Position numbers and translations under genes: made by a program. Of a stretch of 64,000 bases of DNA, positions 23,386-34,818 are shown one piece after another (positions within the stretch are counted from its first letter, which is position 1; each line of letters begins with the position of its first letter). Under the pieces are notes generated by a model that was not told the origin of the DNA, made no database searches, and worked only from the letters and a program-made list of their open reading frames with translations. Source of the DNA: Hyaloraphidium curvatum SAG 235-1 (lineage: Eukaryota; Fungi; Monoblepharomycota); contig JAIVFI010000042.1 in the NCBI GenBank assembly GCA_025558095.1, positions 372,001 through 436,000 on the forward strand. Reading direction: 5' to 3'.

Positions 23386-24829
23386 GGCGGTCAAAATGCG
23401 CGCGGCGGCGGGGAAACAGCGGCGGCGGGCGGTGGCGCCGGCGGCACGGGCTCCTCTCCAGGCGCCCGGGCGTGCTGCCTTTGCGTGGGGTGCTGATGTC
23501 CTGGCCTGGTCTGGAACATCCCAAGCCGGACGCGCAGCCCCACCCGTCGGCACCCGTGTCCCGATCGTCGCATGTCGGGGCTCTCAAACACCGCGGGCAC
23601 GCTCTCAAGACACGCATCAATCTGTGCGCGGCCGGCAACCCGCGTTCCGCCCCTCCTGCCTCGCCGGCTGCGCGCCGAACCCCCGCTCTCAAACCGCCAG
23701 CCAGTCCACGGCTTATCGCGACTGCCCCGCCGAACCGCCGACCCGCAAGCTGCCGCCGCCCCAACACAGCGCTCGCCGCGTCGCGCCCCCCGATCACTCG
23801 TTTCCCGGCCCGTCCCCGGCTATCATCCCCGCCCCCGGGCCGCACTCCGCGCGACAAATTCCCGCCGCGCACCAGCCCCGTCCAGGCACCCCTCCGGCCG
23901 CCCTCCCTGCCCCTCCCCGCCCACCCCCCGAACACCCACCGCACCAGAACAGCCCCGGGGACCCCCCACATCGTCCCCGCACCTCCCCCCGCCCCGCAAC
24001 ACACGGCCGTCCGGCAGCCTGACCGGGAAGCCAATCGGGCACAGCCTTCCCACCCCGTCCCACTCCGCCTCCCCGCGGCCTCTGACGCCGCCTCGACACC
24101 CTCCCCGGCGCCCATCCCCGCATCCCTCTGGTGCGGAGCACGACGGGGACCAATATCCGTCGGTTTCCGGGGCGATCGGCGCGCGCCGCGCCCCGCGGCC
24201 GGCGGTCCCTGGCGGGGCAGGCGGCAGAGTTTCGGCGCCCGTGCCGCCCGTGCCGCTCAGGGCCGGCCGGCGAGCGGGGAGGCCCGATGGCGCCGGGTCC
24301 ATGACGCGGTCGACGGCGCGCCGGGGATCCGCGCGCTTCGTTGCGGGGTCGGGATCGGGCGGGCGGGGGTTCGGGGGAAGCCCGGGACGGGAAAGGCGGG
24401 GGTGCGGAGAAACCGGCGGTCCTACGCCGTTCCGCCGGGATCTCCATCCTCCCTTTCGTTCCGAGGACGATCGGCCGGCCGGACGTACGCGGCGGGAAGC
24501 ACCCGGCCCGGGTGGGGATGGCGCGGCCGGGCCGGGTAATGTCGGAACACGCGGCGGCCGGCGTGTCCGATCGCGGCGACGGCCGGCCGCGTTGAACATC
24601 TTGCATTGCGACGCAAAATGAGCCACCTGCGGGACCGGACCGCAGAACCGGACCCCGGGACCGCCGTCGCCCGCCCTCCGAACCTGCGCCCGGCCGAGGG
24701 GCCGGACCCCGGACGCACATCCCACCATCGGCCGTCCGGATCACGGCCTGCAGAACGATGCGCTCGTTGTATTGGAGGCAATGCGTCTCCGCTGCACGCA
24801 CATGTCGTCGAGGGCGGAGGACCGCGTCC

Positions 24830-25337
24830 CCGCTGCGGCGTCCACCGCGCGACCGGAAGAACGCCCGCCGGCCCGTCGCATCGACGTCGCACCGAGCTAC
24901 CCGGAACGCCCTGCTCCCGCCCGCCCCCGGGAAAAGCCGGGAATGCCGTGCCCCGATGGGGAGTGAGCGGGGGTGCGGGCCGCGGCCTGCACTCGCCTCC
25001 GGCCAGCAGCCTGGGCTGCTGGCCGGGGAGCCCGGTGAGGGCGACGAGGAGGTGCTCCTCCTTGGGGAGGTGATTGCAGGCGTCCATGTACGTCAGGGGA
25101 GCACGACGAGGCTCGTCGTCGTCGCCGTCTTCCGTCACAGGCAGGATGGAGGGGCCGTCCGCCGCGCCGTTGAGTCAAAGTGTCGTTGCCGAAGAAATCG
25201 GCATCGGTTGCGTTGAACGGGGTTCCGGCATTCGTGCCGTCGGCATCCGCATCGCGTCTGCCGAACAGCGCGGCGAGGGCACGGTGCGCTAAGCCGATGG
25301 TGGCGAGGGCCAGGAGGAGGAGAGAGGAAAACTTCAT
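24830..25337 (-). pseudogene. Secreted protein type B copy 2, degenerate
   Basis: MKFSSLLLLALATIGLAHRALAALFGRRDADAD..., frameshift near 25170, then APLTYMDACNHLPK...GEC; homology decays below ~24950. Confidence 0.75.
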
Positions 25338-25670
25338 TTGCGTTGGCGTGCGATGTTTGATCTGCAATTTCGGAGGCCGGTAGCGGCAGGTATTTGTACC
25401 TGCGGGCCGCGGAACGGATGACGGTCCGCGAACTCTGGAACGGTGGCGGTGCGGGAATCCTCCGCATCCCCCCCAGGGAAGGCAGCGAACGCCTGACCTC
25501 GGGCCGGCTTCAGCGGAAGCAGCTCACGTCGGTCACTTCCAGTTTCCTTGAGAATCGCTCCCCGACCGGTCGTGGCACTGGGACCTCGGACGGCGCCGCG
25601 CCGCGGTGGCTGACGCACCGCCACAGTCTCGAAGTCCGCGTCCCAAACATCCGTTCCGGGCCTCGGACGC

Positions 25671-25677
25671 TATATAA
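25671..25677 (+). promoter_or_regulatory. TATA box of secreted gene A copy 2
   Basis: TATATAA ~56 nt upstream of ATG 25733. Confidence 0.6.
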
Positions 25678-25732
25678 GCCCGCCGTCCCTGACATTTCCG
25701 GTTCCAGAACGAAAACTAGACTTGACGTCGCA

Positions 25733-26464
25733 ATGAAGATCAGCACACTCATCCTCCTCCTGGCGGTTGCCGTCGGCCTCGCCTGCTCGGCAACGGCAGC
25801 GCCCCTCGGGGCGCGCGATGCGAAACCTCCGGCCGCTGCCTCCGCAGCTTCCGATCCCGTCATCAATGGAAAATCAGACAATGGCACCGACCATGGCACC
25901 GACGGCGGCAACGCGACGATCGCTGCCTCGGGTCCCGACGCGGGCAACTCCGGCAACCCGACGGACCCGCAAATGATCCCCACCACGATCATGGAGATCT
26001 GCAACGACCTCTCCGACGGGAAGCGCATCCTCGTCTGGCCGGCCCTCGTCCCCCTCCGCACCCCCCGCATCCTCGCATACGGCGAGTGCGCCTCGTACTG
26101 GGGCACTTCCAACCTGTCGTTCGACGACATCTTCGCCACCCTGTTCCGCGAGCACCCGCACCGCGGTGCGGGGTGGTGGATGGCCGCGGCCGTAGCGGGG
26201 GGGTCCACCCCCCTGATCGGAGACCCCGAGGCGTCGGTGTCGCCGGGCGTCGGCCGCCTCTGCCATTCCGCCGCCGGCAAGCGGCCCTTTCCGCGGCAGT
26301 TGAGCGTGGAGCGCTTCGTCGGCGCCATGGGCTCGATCGACGCCGTCGTCGTGAGGATGTCCGGGCGGACCGTGATGACCACGAGGTTCAGGGTGGAGGT
26401 GCGGCGCCTCGCGCCGGACCAGGCCGGGCCGTTCTGCGGAGATCGGGAGCGGCACTACGTGTAG
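25733..26464 (+). CDS. Secreted protein, type A copy 2 (243 aa)
   Basis: Near-identical to 18445-19161 except in the pro-region (RDAKPPAAASAASDPVINGKS vs RDANDASATSDTDIDDPISS). Confidence 0.75.
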   Translation: MKISTLILLLAVAVGLACSATAAPLGARDAKPPAAASAASDPVINGKSDNGTDHGTDGGNATIAASGPDAGNSGNPTDPQMIPTTIMEICNDLSDGKRILVWPALVPLRTPRILAYGECASYWGTSNLSFDDIFATLFREHPHRGAGWWMAAAVAGGSTPLIGDPEASVSPGVGRLCHSAAGKRPFPRQLSVERFVGAMGSIDAVVVRMSGRTVMTTRFRVEVRRLAPDQAGPFCGDRERHYV

Positions 26465-27246
26465 AGCACCCTCCCTGTCCGCGGGTACAGTGCAGTCGTT
26501 TAGGCTTATCCCTCGTTTGCGGAAGTGCGATGGCGAGAGCGGCCGATCTTGCTGGGAGCCGCCGATCATTGGAGACACCGGAACATTGGAGCAATGCGTC
26601 CAGGTTCTGTGTCCCCGCCGAGAACAACGCCCGACGGGGCAGGGCAGGGCGAGGAGGCGGTTGGCGGCGGGCAGGGACGCGGGATGGAGATCGCGATGCC
26701 ACGGAGTTTGGCGCCCGTCCGTGGGTTTGGACCCCGACCAGGGGCCCCAAGGCGAGGCCGCGTCGCGGGCCGTGCGTGCGGGGCTCTGTACGGGACAGAT
26801 CCGGCCGGCCGCATTGAAGGAGGGACCTTCGGCGGGGATTGGAACGGGACGGACGGAGTCAGATCCGTTTGCTCAGGGACCCGGATGCGGACCATGGGAC
26901 GGGGTGCGGGCGCATTGTTGGTGCGAAATCGTTCCCTTTTTCACTGTACATACATCGATTCCACTGCTTCGTGTTCTTTTTGGGCTTTCTTCCGTTTGTC
27001 TATCCAATCAAGCTGTCTTTGTTTCTGGTCTTTGGTATGCGTCCTTTTGCGTATGCATTGACAACGATGCAAATTGGCATATGTTTTTGTCCTTGGTATC
27101 GTTCGTTTATCAATGGTAAGGCTTTCATCGAGATCGAATCGCTGTGGACGGTGGGAAGTCAAAGGATTAAGACCATCAAACTCTCTCGAAAGGACAATCA
27201 GCACCTCACCTCAGAATGGCATGCTCAACTAGCTAATCTTCGTCGT

Positions 27247-28602
27247 TCAGGGGGCAAGGTCGACGATGGCGACGCTCGAAACCCCGACGCCCGCGCCGTG
27301 GAGTTCCCTGGTGATGCTCCTGGCAGCCCTCCTTGCTGCCTTCCGCAGCCGAAGCAGCCCGCACGGCTGGATGCTAAGCGGCGGGGGCACCCTCCTCTGG
27401 GCCATCAGCTTTGCGTGCTTTGTGACCCTGCCCGGCTTCCTGTTGCCGGTTTTCATGGTGTGGGGCCGGAGGAGGAACCCGAGGCGGTCGGCGTCTTGCA
27501 CGTCCAGCATGAGGAAGATGCCGATCGTCTCTTGCGGGCGCGCAGGGGCTTGCACGGCGACGAGGGCCGTGTGCTGCGCCGGCTCGGCGTCGGGGATGGC
27601 GGATTCGCCGGGGTTGAAGCCCAGCTGCAGCGAGGCGATCATTGGCCTCTCGAGGCGGAGGGCCCTGTTCCTGGCCTCGCTCGCCTCCATCTCGGGCATG
27701 GCGCAGAGCGCCATGAGCCGCACGAGGAAGTCCTCGGCGTCCTTTTCGTCCGTTTGCAGCATCGGCGCCGTGGGCACCCCGGCGGCTTCGAGGAACGCCC
27801 CTCCCTGCTTGCACGCAAGGAGCGCCCTCTCCACCGCAACGGTGCGGCCGTGCTGCGGCGCTTCTTTCTTTGCGTGGTACAGGAACCTGGCCAGCCGGGC
27901 GCGGTACCCCTTGGGCAGGCCGAGGAGGAACAGGGGGGAGAGTAGGCCGATCGCCTTGGCCTGGGCGAGCCGGAGCCCGGGGTCCAGGCGGAGCAGCGAG
28001 GCCCGCGTCCCGGCGAGGATCTTGTGCCAGTGGGCTTCGAGGTCCTCTTCGGCGGCAAGCAGCCAGTCGCCCGGGCGGCCCACCGCGCTCGGGCGGTTCT
28101 GATCACCCTGATCAGCGCTGATCAGGCGGTCCGGTGCGCCCATGCGGGCGGCCAGCCAGGCCAGGACCTTGGGAAACATGGCGAGCCGCACCGCCAGGGG
28201 ATCGGCGGCGATGGCCTGGTCAGCGAGCTCGACGCGGATGCCGAACACGGTGAGGTCGTTCGCGCCGGGGAGCGCGGCGTCGCGGACGGCGCCGAGGCAC
28301 CACGCGCCGTCCGGCACGGTGCCGGGAATGGCTTTGGTGCCCGCGGGGGGTGCGTTCGTTTCGGCGTCTTTGCGCTCTCCTCCGGCGAACCCGCCGTCGC
28401 TCGGCCTGGGGACATCTCCTACACCGGCCACCACCCCGACCATCGCCTCCGCCTCCTCCTTCCCTCCTCCAGTACGGGCGTCGCTTCCGCCCTCCGCCGC
28501 CGGAGCGGCAGCGTCGGGCGGGGGCGGCGACCCGCCGAAGCGGAGGGCCATGAGGACTTCGGCGAGCTCGTGGGATTCGGTGGGGGGACCGGGCGGGGCC
28601 AT
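27247..28602 (-). CDS. Hypothetical protein
   Basis: Long uninterrupted ORF from MAPPGPPTESHELAEVL with globular-looking composition; no motif recognised. Confidence 0.45.
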   Translation of the reverse strand: MAPPGPPTESHELAEVLMALRFGGSPPPPDAAAPAAEGGSDARTGGGKEEAEAMVGVVAGVGDVPRPSDGGFAGGERKDAETNAPPAGTKAIPGTVPDGAWCLGAVRDAALPGANDLTVFGIRVELADQAIAADPLAVRLAMFPKVLAWLAARMGAPDRLISADQGDQNRPSAVGRPGDWLLAAEEDLEAHWHKILAGTRASLLRLDPGLRLAQAKAIGLLSPLFLLGLPKGYRARLARFLYHAKKEAPQHGRTVAVERALLACKQGGAFLEAAGVPTAPMLQTDEKDAEDFLVRLMALCAMPEMEASEARNRALRLERPMIASLQLGFNPGESAIPDAEPAQHTALVAVQAPARPQETIGIFLMLDVQDADRLGFLLRPHTMKTGNRKPGRVTKHAKLMAQRRVPPPLSIQPCGLLRLRKAARRAARSITRELHGAGVGVSSVAIVDLAP

Positions 28603-29234
28603 GCTACCTGGAATCGGCTTGGCGCGGGCTTGGAGGTGACTTGGGCGTGAGTTGGACGGGTAGGGAGGGCGCGATGGGGCCTTGTGGGCAGGGGAAGTTG
28701 AATCTGGCAGCTCGAAAGGCAGCGGTTGTGTTCGCGACAAACTCTTGGATTGGTCTCGCCTCCGAGTGCAGTCGGGTCTGGTTGGGCTTCGTGCACCTTC
28801 GGATGGCATCTAAACCGCCTTGACCGCGTTCGCGAGGCCTCCTCAAGGCCAACAGGGCACCTATGCGCGTCCACCCCTAGGATGACACAGTACATCACGG
28901 ATTGGTTGCGTTCGAGCTTTCCACCGTGGACGCTTTCGGTGATTCCTGATTCCGAGCCTGATGAAACAGGGACGAGAACGTACGTTGTCACTTCTCGCCA
29001 TCAACTCACCAGGGGCAAGTAGAAGGTCAGAGGGGCCCATCGACATCAACCAATCGGCATCGGCCAGCTGCAGCTCGAATCATTGTAACGGCTAAGCATC
29101 GGATTTGAACGAAGCACGCGCCGTCAAGAAAATGATTCAGGGAGGTTCGGGTATCGTTGTCCAATGGTGCGATCCGCGCCGCGATCCCAGCGAGCGATCG
29201 GTTGGCCACCGCCCCGGAACGCGACCTTCCGGGC

Positions 29235-31327
29235 ATGGAGGGCCGCAAAGCCGCCGGTCTCGGCGGCGAAGCCGCGACCGCGAAACGGAGAGCGCCGGCC
29301 GCGCGCGCGCGCGCATCCATCGGGGCGGAGTCGGCGGACGGGGCGGCGGGACGCGTCGGCCCGGCGCCGCTGGCCGCATCGCCCGCGGCGGCCGACGAGC
29401 CCGCCTCGCCCTATCCCGCTTCCTACAACGATGTGAAAGTGAACTTCTTCCGGTTCCCGGACCCGTACGTGCAGCCGACCAACCCGTACTCGGCGCTGGT
29501 CGACTCGCAATCGTTCGCGGTCGTCGACCGCTTCCGGCTCGAGTGCGGCGTCGAGCTGCGCAACGTCGAGGTGGCGTTCAAGACGTGGGGCGAGCTGGCG
29601 GGGCAGGAGGATGGAGAGGGAGACGGCGTAGGGAACGTCGTGGTGGTCTGCCACGCGTGAGTTTCTCAACGACGTGGAGGATCGGGAGCTGGAGCCGGAA
29701 GCACCTCTTCTTCCCTCTTCACTGGCTCTTTCGCACCGGAGGATGCTGGTCTCGTGTCAGAGACAGTCGCTTACTGCATTCCGCCTCCAGATTGAGCGGC
29801 TCCGCGGACGTCGCGGACTGGTGGTCCTCCCTCATCGGCCCCGGCCGTCCCTTGGATCCCTCCACCTACTTTGTCATCTCGTTCAACGCTCTGGGCTCGC
29901 CGTACGGCACCACGTCGCCTCTCACCCTGAACCCGGCGACGGGCAAGCCGTACGGCCCGGATTTCCCGCGCACGACGGTGCGCGACGACGTGGCGCTGCA
30001 GGCCATCGTGCTCAAGAACCTCGGGGTGCGCAAGATCCGGGGCGTCATTGGGGGCTCCATGGGCGGGTTTTTCGTGGGTTTCATTGGTCTTCATCGCGGG
30101 CAAGCGGGGACGCTGATCGGGCCGCGGCTCTCCAGACCCTCGAGTACGCGGCAATGTTCCCGAGCCTGGTCCATTCCATCCTCCCCATCGCCTCCTGCGC
30201 CTATCACTCTGCGTGGACAATCAGCTGGTCGGAAACCCAGGTTCGTGGCTCGTGGGGCGGCCGGAAACATGGAGGTGACGGCGACCACCATGACAGCGCC
30301 AGGCCATCTTTGCGGACCCCGCCTATAATGTCGGCCGCTATCCCGTCCCCGAAAAAGCCGGCGAGCACGTCGGCGGCCCCGAAGCCGGCCTCAAGGCCGC
30401 CCGCATGATCGCCCTCATGACCTACCGCACCCGCGAGAGCCTGGAGGGCCGCTTCGGCCGCGGCAGGGTGCCGCTGCTGCTCCCCCCTCCCGAGGGCCGC
30501 AGGCTGGGCCTGATCGAGTCCGAGAACAGGGGCGTGCTGGCGGCGCCGGCGCCGGAGGACCAGGAGGCCGAGGCCGAGGGCGGGGCCGGATGGGACACCG
30601 AGTTCGAGAAGGAGGCGGGGCTGGAGGACATCCTGCACAACGAGGGGATGACGTGGGCCAAGCTGTACGACGTGCGGTACGAGCAGGGGTACGGGAACCG
30701 CGGCGGGGGGAAGCGGTCGGACGAAGGCGCCGGCGACGCGGCCGCAGCGGGGAACAAAAGCCTGGGCGGGGAGCAGGACGACCTCGAGACGGGCGAGTCG
30801 GACGAGGACGAGACCGAGGAGCCCCGCGCCGTCTTCTTCGCGCAGACGTACCTCCGCCACCACGCCAGCAAGTTCGTCGCGCGGTTCGACGCCAACTGCT
30901 ACATCGCCATTACCCGCAAGATGGACACCCACGACGTCGCGCGCGGCCGCGTCGGCGCGCGGGACGCCCGCGGCCGGAAGCTCGCGCACCGCGAGCGCGC
31001 TGCGGCGGTGCTGGCCGAGATCACCTGCCCCGCGCTGGTCATCGGCGTGGACACGGACAACCTGTACCCGCTGGTGGAGCAGAAGGACATGGCGGACGCG
31101 CTGCCGAGGGCGCAGTTCAGCGTCGTGAGGAGCCTGCACGGGCACGACGGGTTCTTGATCGAGATGCCGCAGGTGGGGCGGCTCGTGGACGAGTTCCTGC
31201 GCAGGGTGGGTTGGGTCTTTCAGGGGGGTACCGGCTCGGATCTGATCCGGCTTTGTTTGTCCAGGTGCCCGAAGCCGCACGGGCTGCGATCGCGCCCCCG
31301 GATGCTGAATTCGTGGCCAAGATCTGA
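29235..31327 (+). CDS. MET2: Homoserine O-acetyltransferase (5 exons)
   Basis: VVCHALSGSADVADWW, NALGSPYGTTSP, YGPDFPRTTVRDDV, nucleophile GGSMGG, RFDANCY, DNLYP, HGHDGFLIE; introns 29657-29790, 30074-30135, 30241-30296, 31207-31264. Confidence 0.93.
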
Positions 31328-31498
31328 GCGGCGGTCGGTTTCGGGAGAGGATGTAGCCGATTCGGGAGACGCGGCAAACACTGTAAGCTAATCACTGCTC
31401 AACACGGTCCTGTTGGCCCTCTTCCATTCTTCAATAGGCTTCACATGATGCTACCCCTTCGGATCTCTACTCCGACTAAGACTGTCCTCGGTCTTCGA

Positions 31499-32572
31499 TT
31501 AGGCCCTCGGCATCGAGTCCTTGTTCGGGCCAAGTTGGACCGCAGCCTCTAGGAACTCCTCGAGATCGGGCTCCCGGACACCGCCGACGCCGATCACGAG
31601 TTGCCACATCGCGACCTCGGCGATGAGCGCCCGCATGCCTGCGACGCCCAAATCTTCCAGCGACGGCATGCCGAAGCTCCCGACAGAGATGCGGAGGCCG
31701 CGGTCGGCTCGGTTGACGATCTCCCTGGGGTCGCCCGGGCCGGAGAGCACCATCCGTTCGACGACCAGCTCCTGGAGCCCCTGCGGCACGCCGGAACGGA
31801 ACAAGGCCGAAGAACTGAGCTCGCCGATCTCGAGGAACTTGACCGAATCCAGTGCGGCGATGGTGCTGTACGTTGATTCGTCCAAGGCACCGTCGCACGT
31901 GATGCGCTCCGGTCGGAAGTATTCCGGGCACATGGCGAGCATGATCAATATCCCGGTGCCTCTCCAGGCCTTGATCTGGGGCATGATCTCTCGGTTTAAT
32001 AGCACCCAGAAGATTCCGAATTGGGAATCATCGTCGTCCAGCCTCAGGCTGAGATGGTCAAGGACCCCAGCTCCTGCGACGAGGTGCGTGAGGACGTAGT
32101 TAAAGGGGTGAATGTCCTGTGCCCAGTAATTCAGCCTCTTCAGATTCGGGAGTTCAAAGGCAGGCGGGCCCGTGGGGTCTTCCAAAACGGTCCCTGAGCT
32201 GTCGATGACTTCGAGCTCCCTGACACTCCTCGGCACGCTCCTCAGCACCTGGCACATTGTCTCGTAGTTTCCGAACTCGAGCTTCGCCGAAACGAGGTTC
32301 GTTCAAAGAGTCCGACTCCACAAGAGGTCGAGCAGCTCGTCGACGCCTCCCTCCTGCCACGCACCGCAGCCCGACTCGACCCTCTGGACGTGTCGGAGCC
32401 ATCCGCGTGCGCGCCAGCGCTCGACTCTCTCGTCAAGCAGCTCCAGAGGACGCGGGTCGTGCGCAAAGACCGAGAACGCGAGCGGTTCGACGAGCAGCCC
32501 CCGGCGGGGAAGGAAGAGCGCGATGTGGGAGATGATTTCGGGAGGGAAGACGAGGGGAGTGTCGGTTTCCAT
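31499..32572 (-). pseudogene. F-box/LRR-like gene with in-frame TGA (32303-32305), copy 1
   Basis: METDTPLVFPPEIISHIALFL (F-box-like); frame continues WSRTL*TNLVSAKLEFGNYETMCQV into LRR-like ORF 31499-32257; 36-bp in-frame deletion relative to copy 2. Confidence 0.65.
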
Positions 32573-32770
32573 GGTGTTTTCTGGATCCGTTGTGAAGGAG
32601 AGTTGTCGAGTCATCGGTCGGGGAAGCCAGCGCTCGCGCAAGCGCAAGGCTCGTGGAAAAGAACCTCAACGTCAAAGAGTCTCCATCAACCGGGCCCTTT
32701 TTATTCAGGTGCAACTCGGCCAACGACCATCACGGCACTCGGCCTGCCTTTGTATTAAGATTGCCCGGCA

Positions 32771-34276
32771 TCACCCGCACGTCGGGTACAGCGTCACCTG
32801 CACCCCGCCGCCCCTCAGAATGCTCCACAGCCCGATCGCCAGCGTCAGCGCGGTCGCCGCGACGTTCCTCGCCGTGGCGGCATCCACGCGGAACCCCATG
32901 AATCTGGCGTAATAGCCGTCCGAAGCGTCGAAAAAGGCCGAGATGAGGCGGTCGTGGTGCGCTGCGAGGCGCTGCGCAGCTTCGGAACCCGGGCCAGACA
33001 CGTCGAGCTCGTACCGAGCGCGGCGGAGGGACGTGCGTGCCAACCTGAACAGGGATGAGATGACCGACACGTGCGCGTTACTGGCAGTGAACAAAGCCAG
33101 GTCCGCCCCAACGATGAACGCGATCGCGGCGAGGGTGGCGAGCGAGGCGCCGGGCAGGCAGTTGCCCAGCGCGATCCCCGCCACGGCAACCGCGACGGCA
33201 TACAGCGGGAGGGGGATGAGGACGGAGGGACCCGAGGTAACGCGGTGGATGCGCGTGCGCCATGTGGGGCCGAGGGCATCCTGCAGGAGGAGGTACGGTT
33301 CCTGGGGCGGGGGCGATGGGCCATGCCCAGATGCGAAGGTGCGGTATCGCGCGAGGAGCCCGCGGAGGGCAAGGGTAGAAGCGCGGCGGTGTAGCCGCAG
33401 GGCAAACTGGATGGCGGCCACGTTGGCGCGGGCGCTGGCGAGTTGGTTGACATTGTGGTACTCCAGCGCCAGGGCTGCGACTAGCACGCAGAGCGATGCG
33501 GCCCAAGGGGAGTTCCAAGTGATGGAGGCGTAGGCGACGGCGGGCATTGAGAGGTAGATGGTGAAGTAAAAGGTGAACGATGCGCAAGCGTACCCAACGA
33601 ACTCGAGCAGGCGAAACGCGGCCGCCCGGCCGGCCAGCTTGCCCGCACATTGGGTGCCGGGACACGGGCACAGCGGATCCGACGCGTCGTGTCGCAGCAG
33701 TAACGAGCCCGGCTCCGCGTCGCGCAGCTGCGCGTATCGGGCGAACACGGCCAGAGGGTGTGCCGAGAGGTCCGACGGCGAGCCGAAGCGGCGCGAATAG
33801 GCGTTGCCAAAGAAGATGATCACGATGCCGGTCAGAAACGCGTGCAGCAGGGTGACGAAGGTGGAGACTGCCAGCTGCGGCGGAGAGAACCGGCCGAGTT
33901 CCCCTGCAAACGCCCACTGAATGGAGACAAGAGCTGAGCCTGTTCCGAAAAAAAGAGCTGCACGCAGATTGTGCCACGGCACGGCGTACTTTGCCAGAAC
34001 CAGCTGCACGCGCACGAACTGGGTGAGGAGGGGAGACGCCGCGAGCGCCGAGACAAGGTCATCGCGCGTGAGGGGAGACGATACCCTCAGCGAAGCAGCG
34101 GGGTCGGCCGATGGCTCTTCCTCGTCCACCTCGTCGGTTCCGGGAACGGTCGGCGCGGGAAAGAGGGCTATCCATTCGCGGGCGGTGAACGACGAGAGGG
34201 GTGCCCCTTTGTCTCCCGCGCCTTCCGCCTTCTCCAGGTCCACGGAAACCACCGCCTCGCGCGAAGAGTCTCCCAT
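32771..34276 (-). CDS. Uncharacterised 7-TM membrane protein, family member 2 (intact, intronless, 501 aa)
   Basis: Seven hydrophobic segments; ends HHDRLISAFFDASDGYYARFMGFRVDAATARNVAATALTLAIGLWSILRGGGVQVTLYPTCG; homologous to 5738, 38528, 45348. Confidence 0.8.
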   Translation of the reverse strand: MGDSSREAVVSVDLEKAEGAGDKGAPLSSFTAREWIALFPAPTVPGTDEVDEEEPSADPAASLRVSSPLTRDDLVSALAASPLLTQFVRVQLVLAKYAVPWHNLRAALFFGTGSALVSIQWAFAGELGRFSPPQLAVSTFVTLLHAFLTGIVIIFFGNAYSRRFGSPSDLSAHPLAVFARYAQLRDAEPGSLLLRHDASDPLCPCPGTQCAGKLAGRAAAFRLLEFVGYACASFTFYFTIYLSMPAVAYASITWNSPWAASLCVLVAALALEYHNVNQLASARANVAAIQFALRLHRRASTLALRGLLARYRTFASGHGPSPPPQEPYLLLQDALGPTWRTRIHRVTSGPSVLIPLPLYAVAVAVAGIALGNCLPGASLATLAAIAFIVGADLALFTASNAHVSVISSLFRLARTSLRRARYELDVSGPGSEAAQRLAAHHDRLISAFFDASDGYYARFMGFRVDAATARNVAATALTLAIGLWSILRGGGVQVTLYPTCG

Positions 34277-34818
34277 CTTCCGCGCCGATTGAGAGAGCAG
34301 GCAACAGCGGACAACTTCAACGGGGAGTTCAGACGAGTTTTGGTCCCAAGGTCTCCGCGCTCGCAATCCCCATGCTTCCCCAGAACCAGCAGGAAATGAC
34401 CCATCTGGCGTTAAAACGAAGGTTGGTACAATGTTCCTCTGCAGCCTTAATCGGCTTGGCCCTTTGCAGCTCTTGACCTGCTCTGTGTGTGGCAATAGTG
34501 GCAACGCGGTCCGTGAGTCAAAGCTTCAACCTACTCGAGAAGGCTGCACGCGGCTGAACCATGGGATCAGCATCTCCAGCATCAACTGCCCAATCTCCGC
34601 CTACAGATGCGTTCTTTGCCGGAAAGCCACGCTGACGGCGGAGCGGGAAAGTATTGGGCGCCACGCCACCCGATCGCGATCGTGGGTCGCGGCGATTGCG
34701 CTAATAGCTGACTATCTCCGCAACGACCCTCCCGTTCCGGCCGGCCGGTTCCGCCTGAGTCTCCGAGCGAGCTTGCTCCAAAGCTTCCCGTGCACTGGCC
34801 GCTCGGCCGGCGCCCGCC

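Larger units (their letters stand above)
24950..26467. repeat. Right arm of inverted duplication IR1
   Basis: Reverse complement of 18442-19950; outer homology stops within a few nt after the gene A stop codon. Confidence 0.9.
31499..34276. repeat. Left arm of inverted duplication IR2 (7-TM gene + F-box/LRR gene; partner ~38528-41350)
   Basis: Same two-gene module in opposite orientation; most similar segment ~32278-32959 vs ~39847-40564. Confidence 0.85.

Noticed and set aside
22566-24801. Long overlapping Arg/Pro/Gly-rich ORFs on both strands
   Set aside because: Shadow ORFs expected at very high GC; no motifs and no protein-like composition
18442-26467. IR1 arms as terminal inverted repeats of a DNA transposon
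   Set aside because: Arms consist of genes, the outer boundary coincides with a stop codon, and no TSD or transposase was recognised
26930-27240. AT-rich island as foreign DNA
   Set aside because: Short, lies between convergent gene ends; consistent with 3' UTR/terminator sequence
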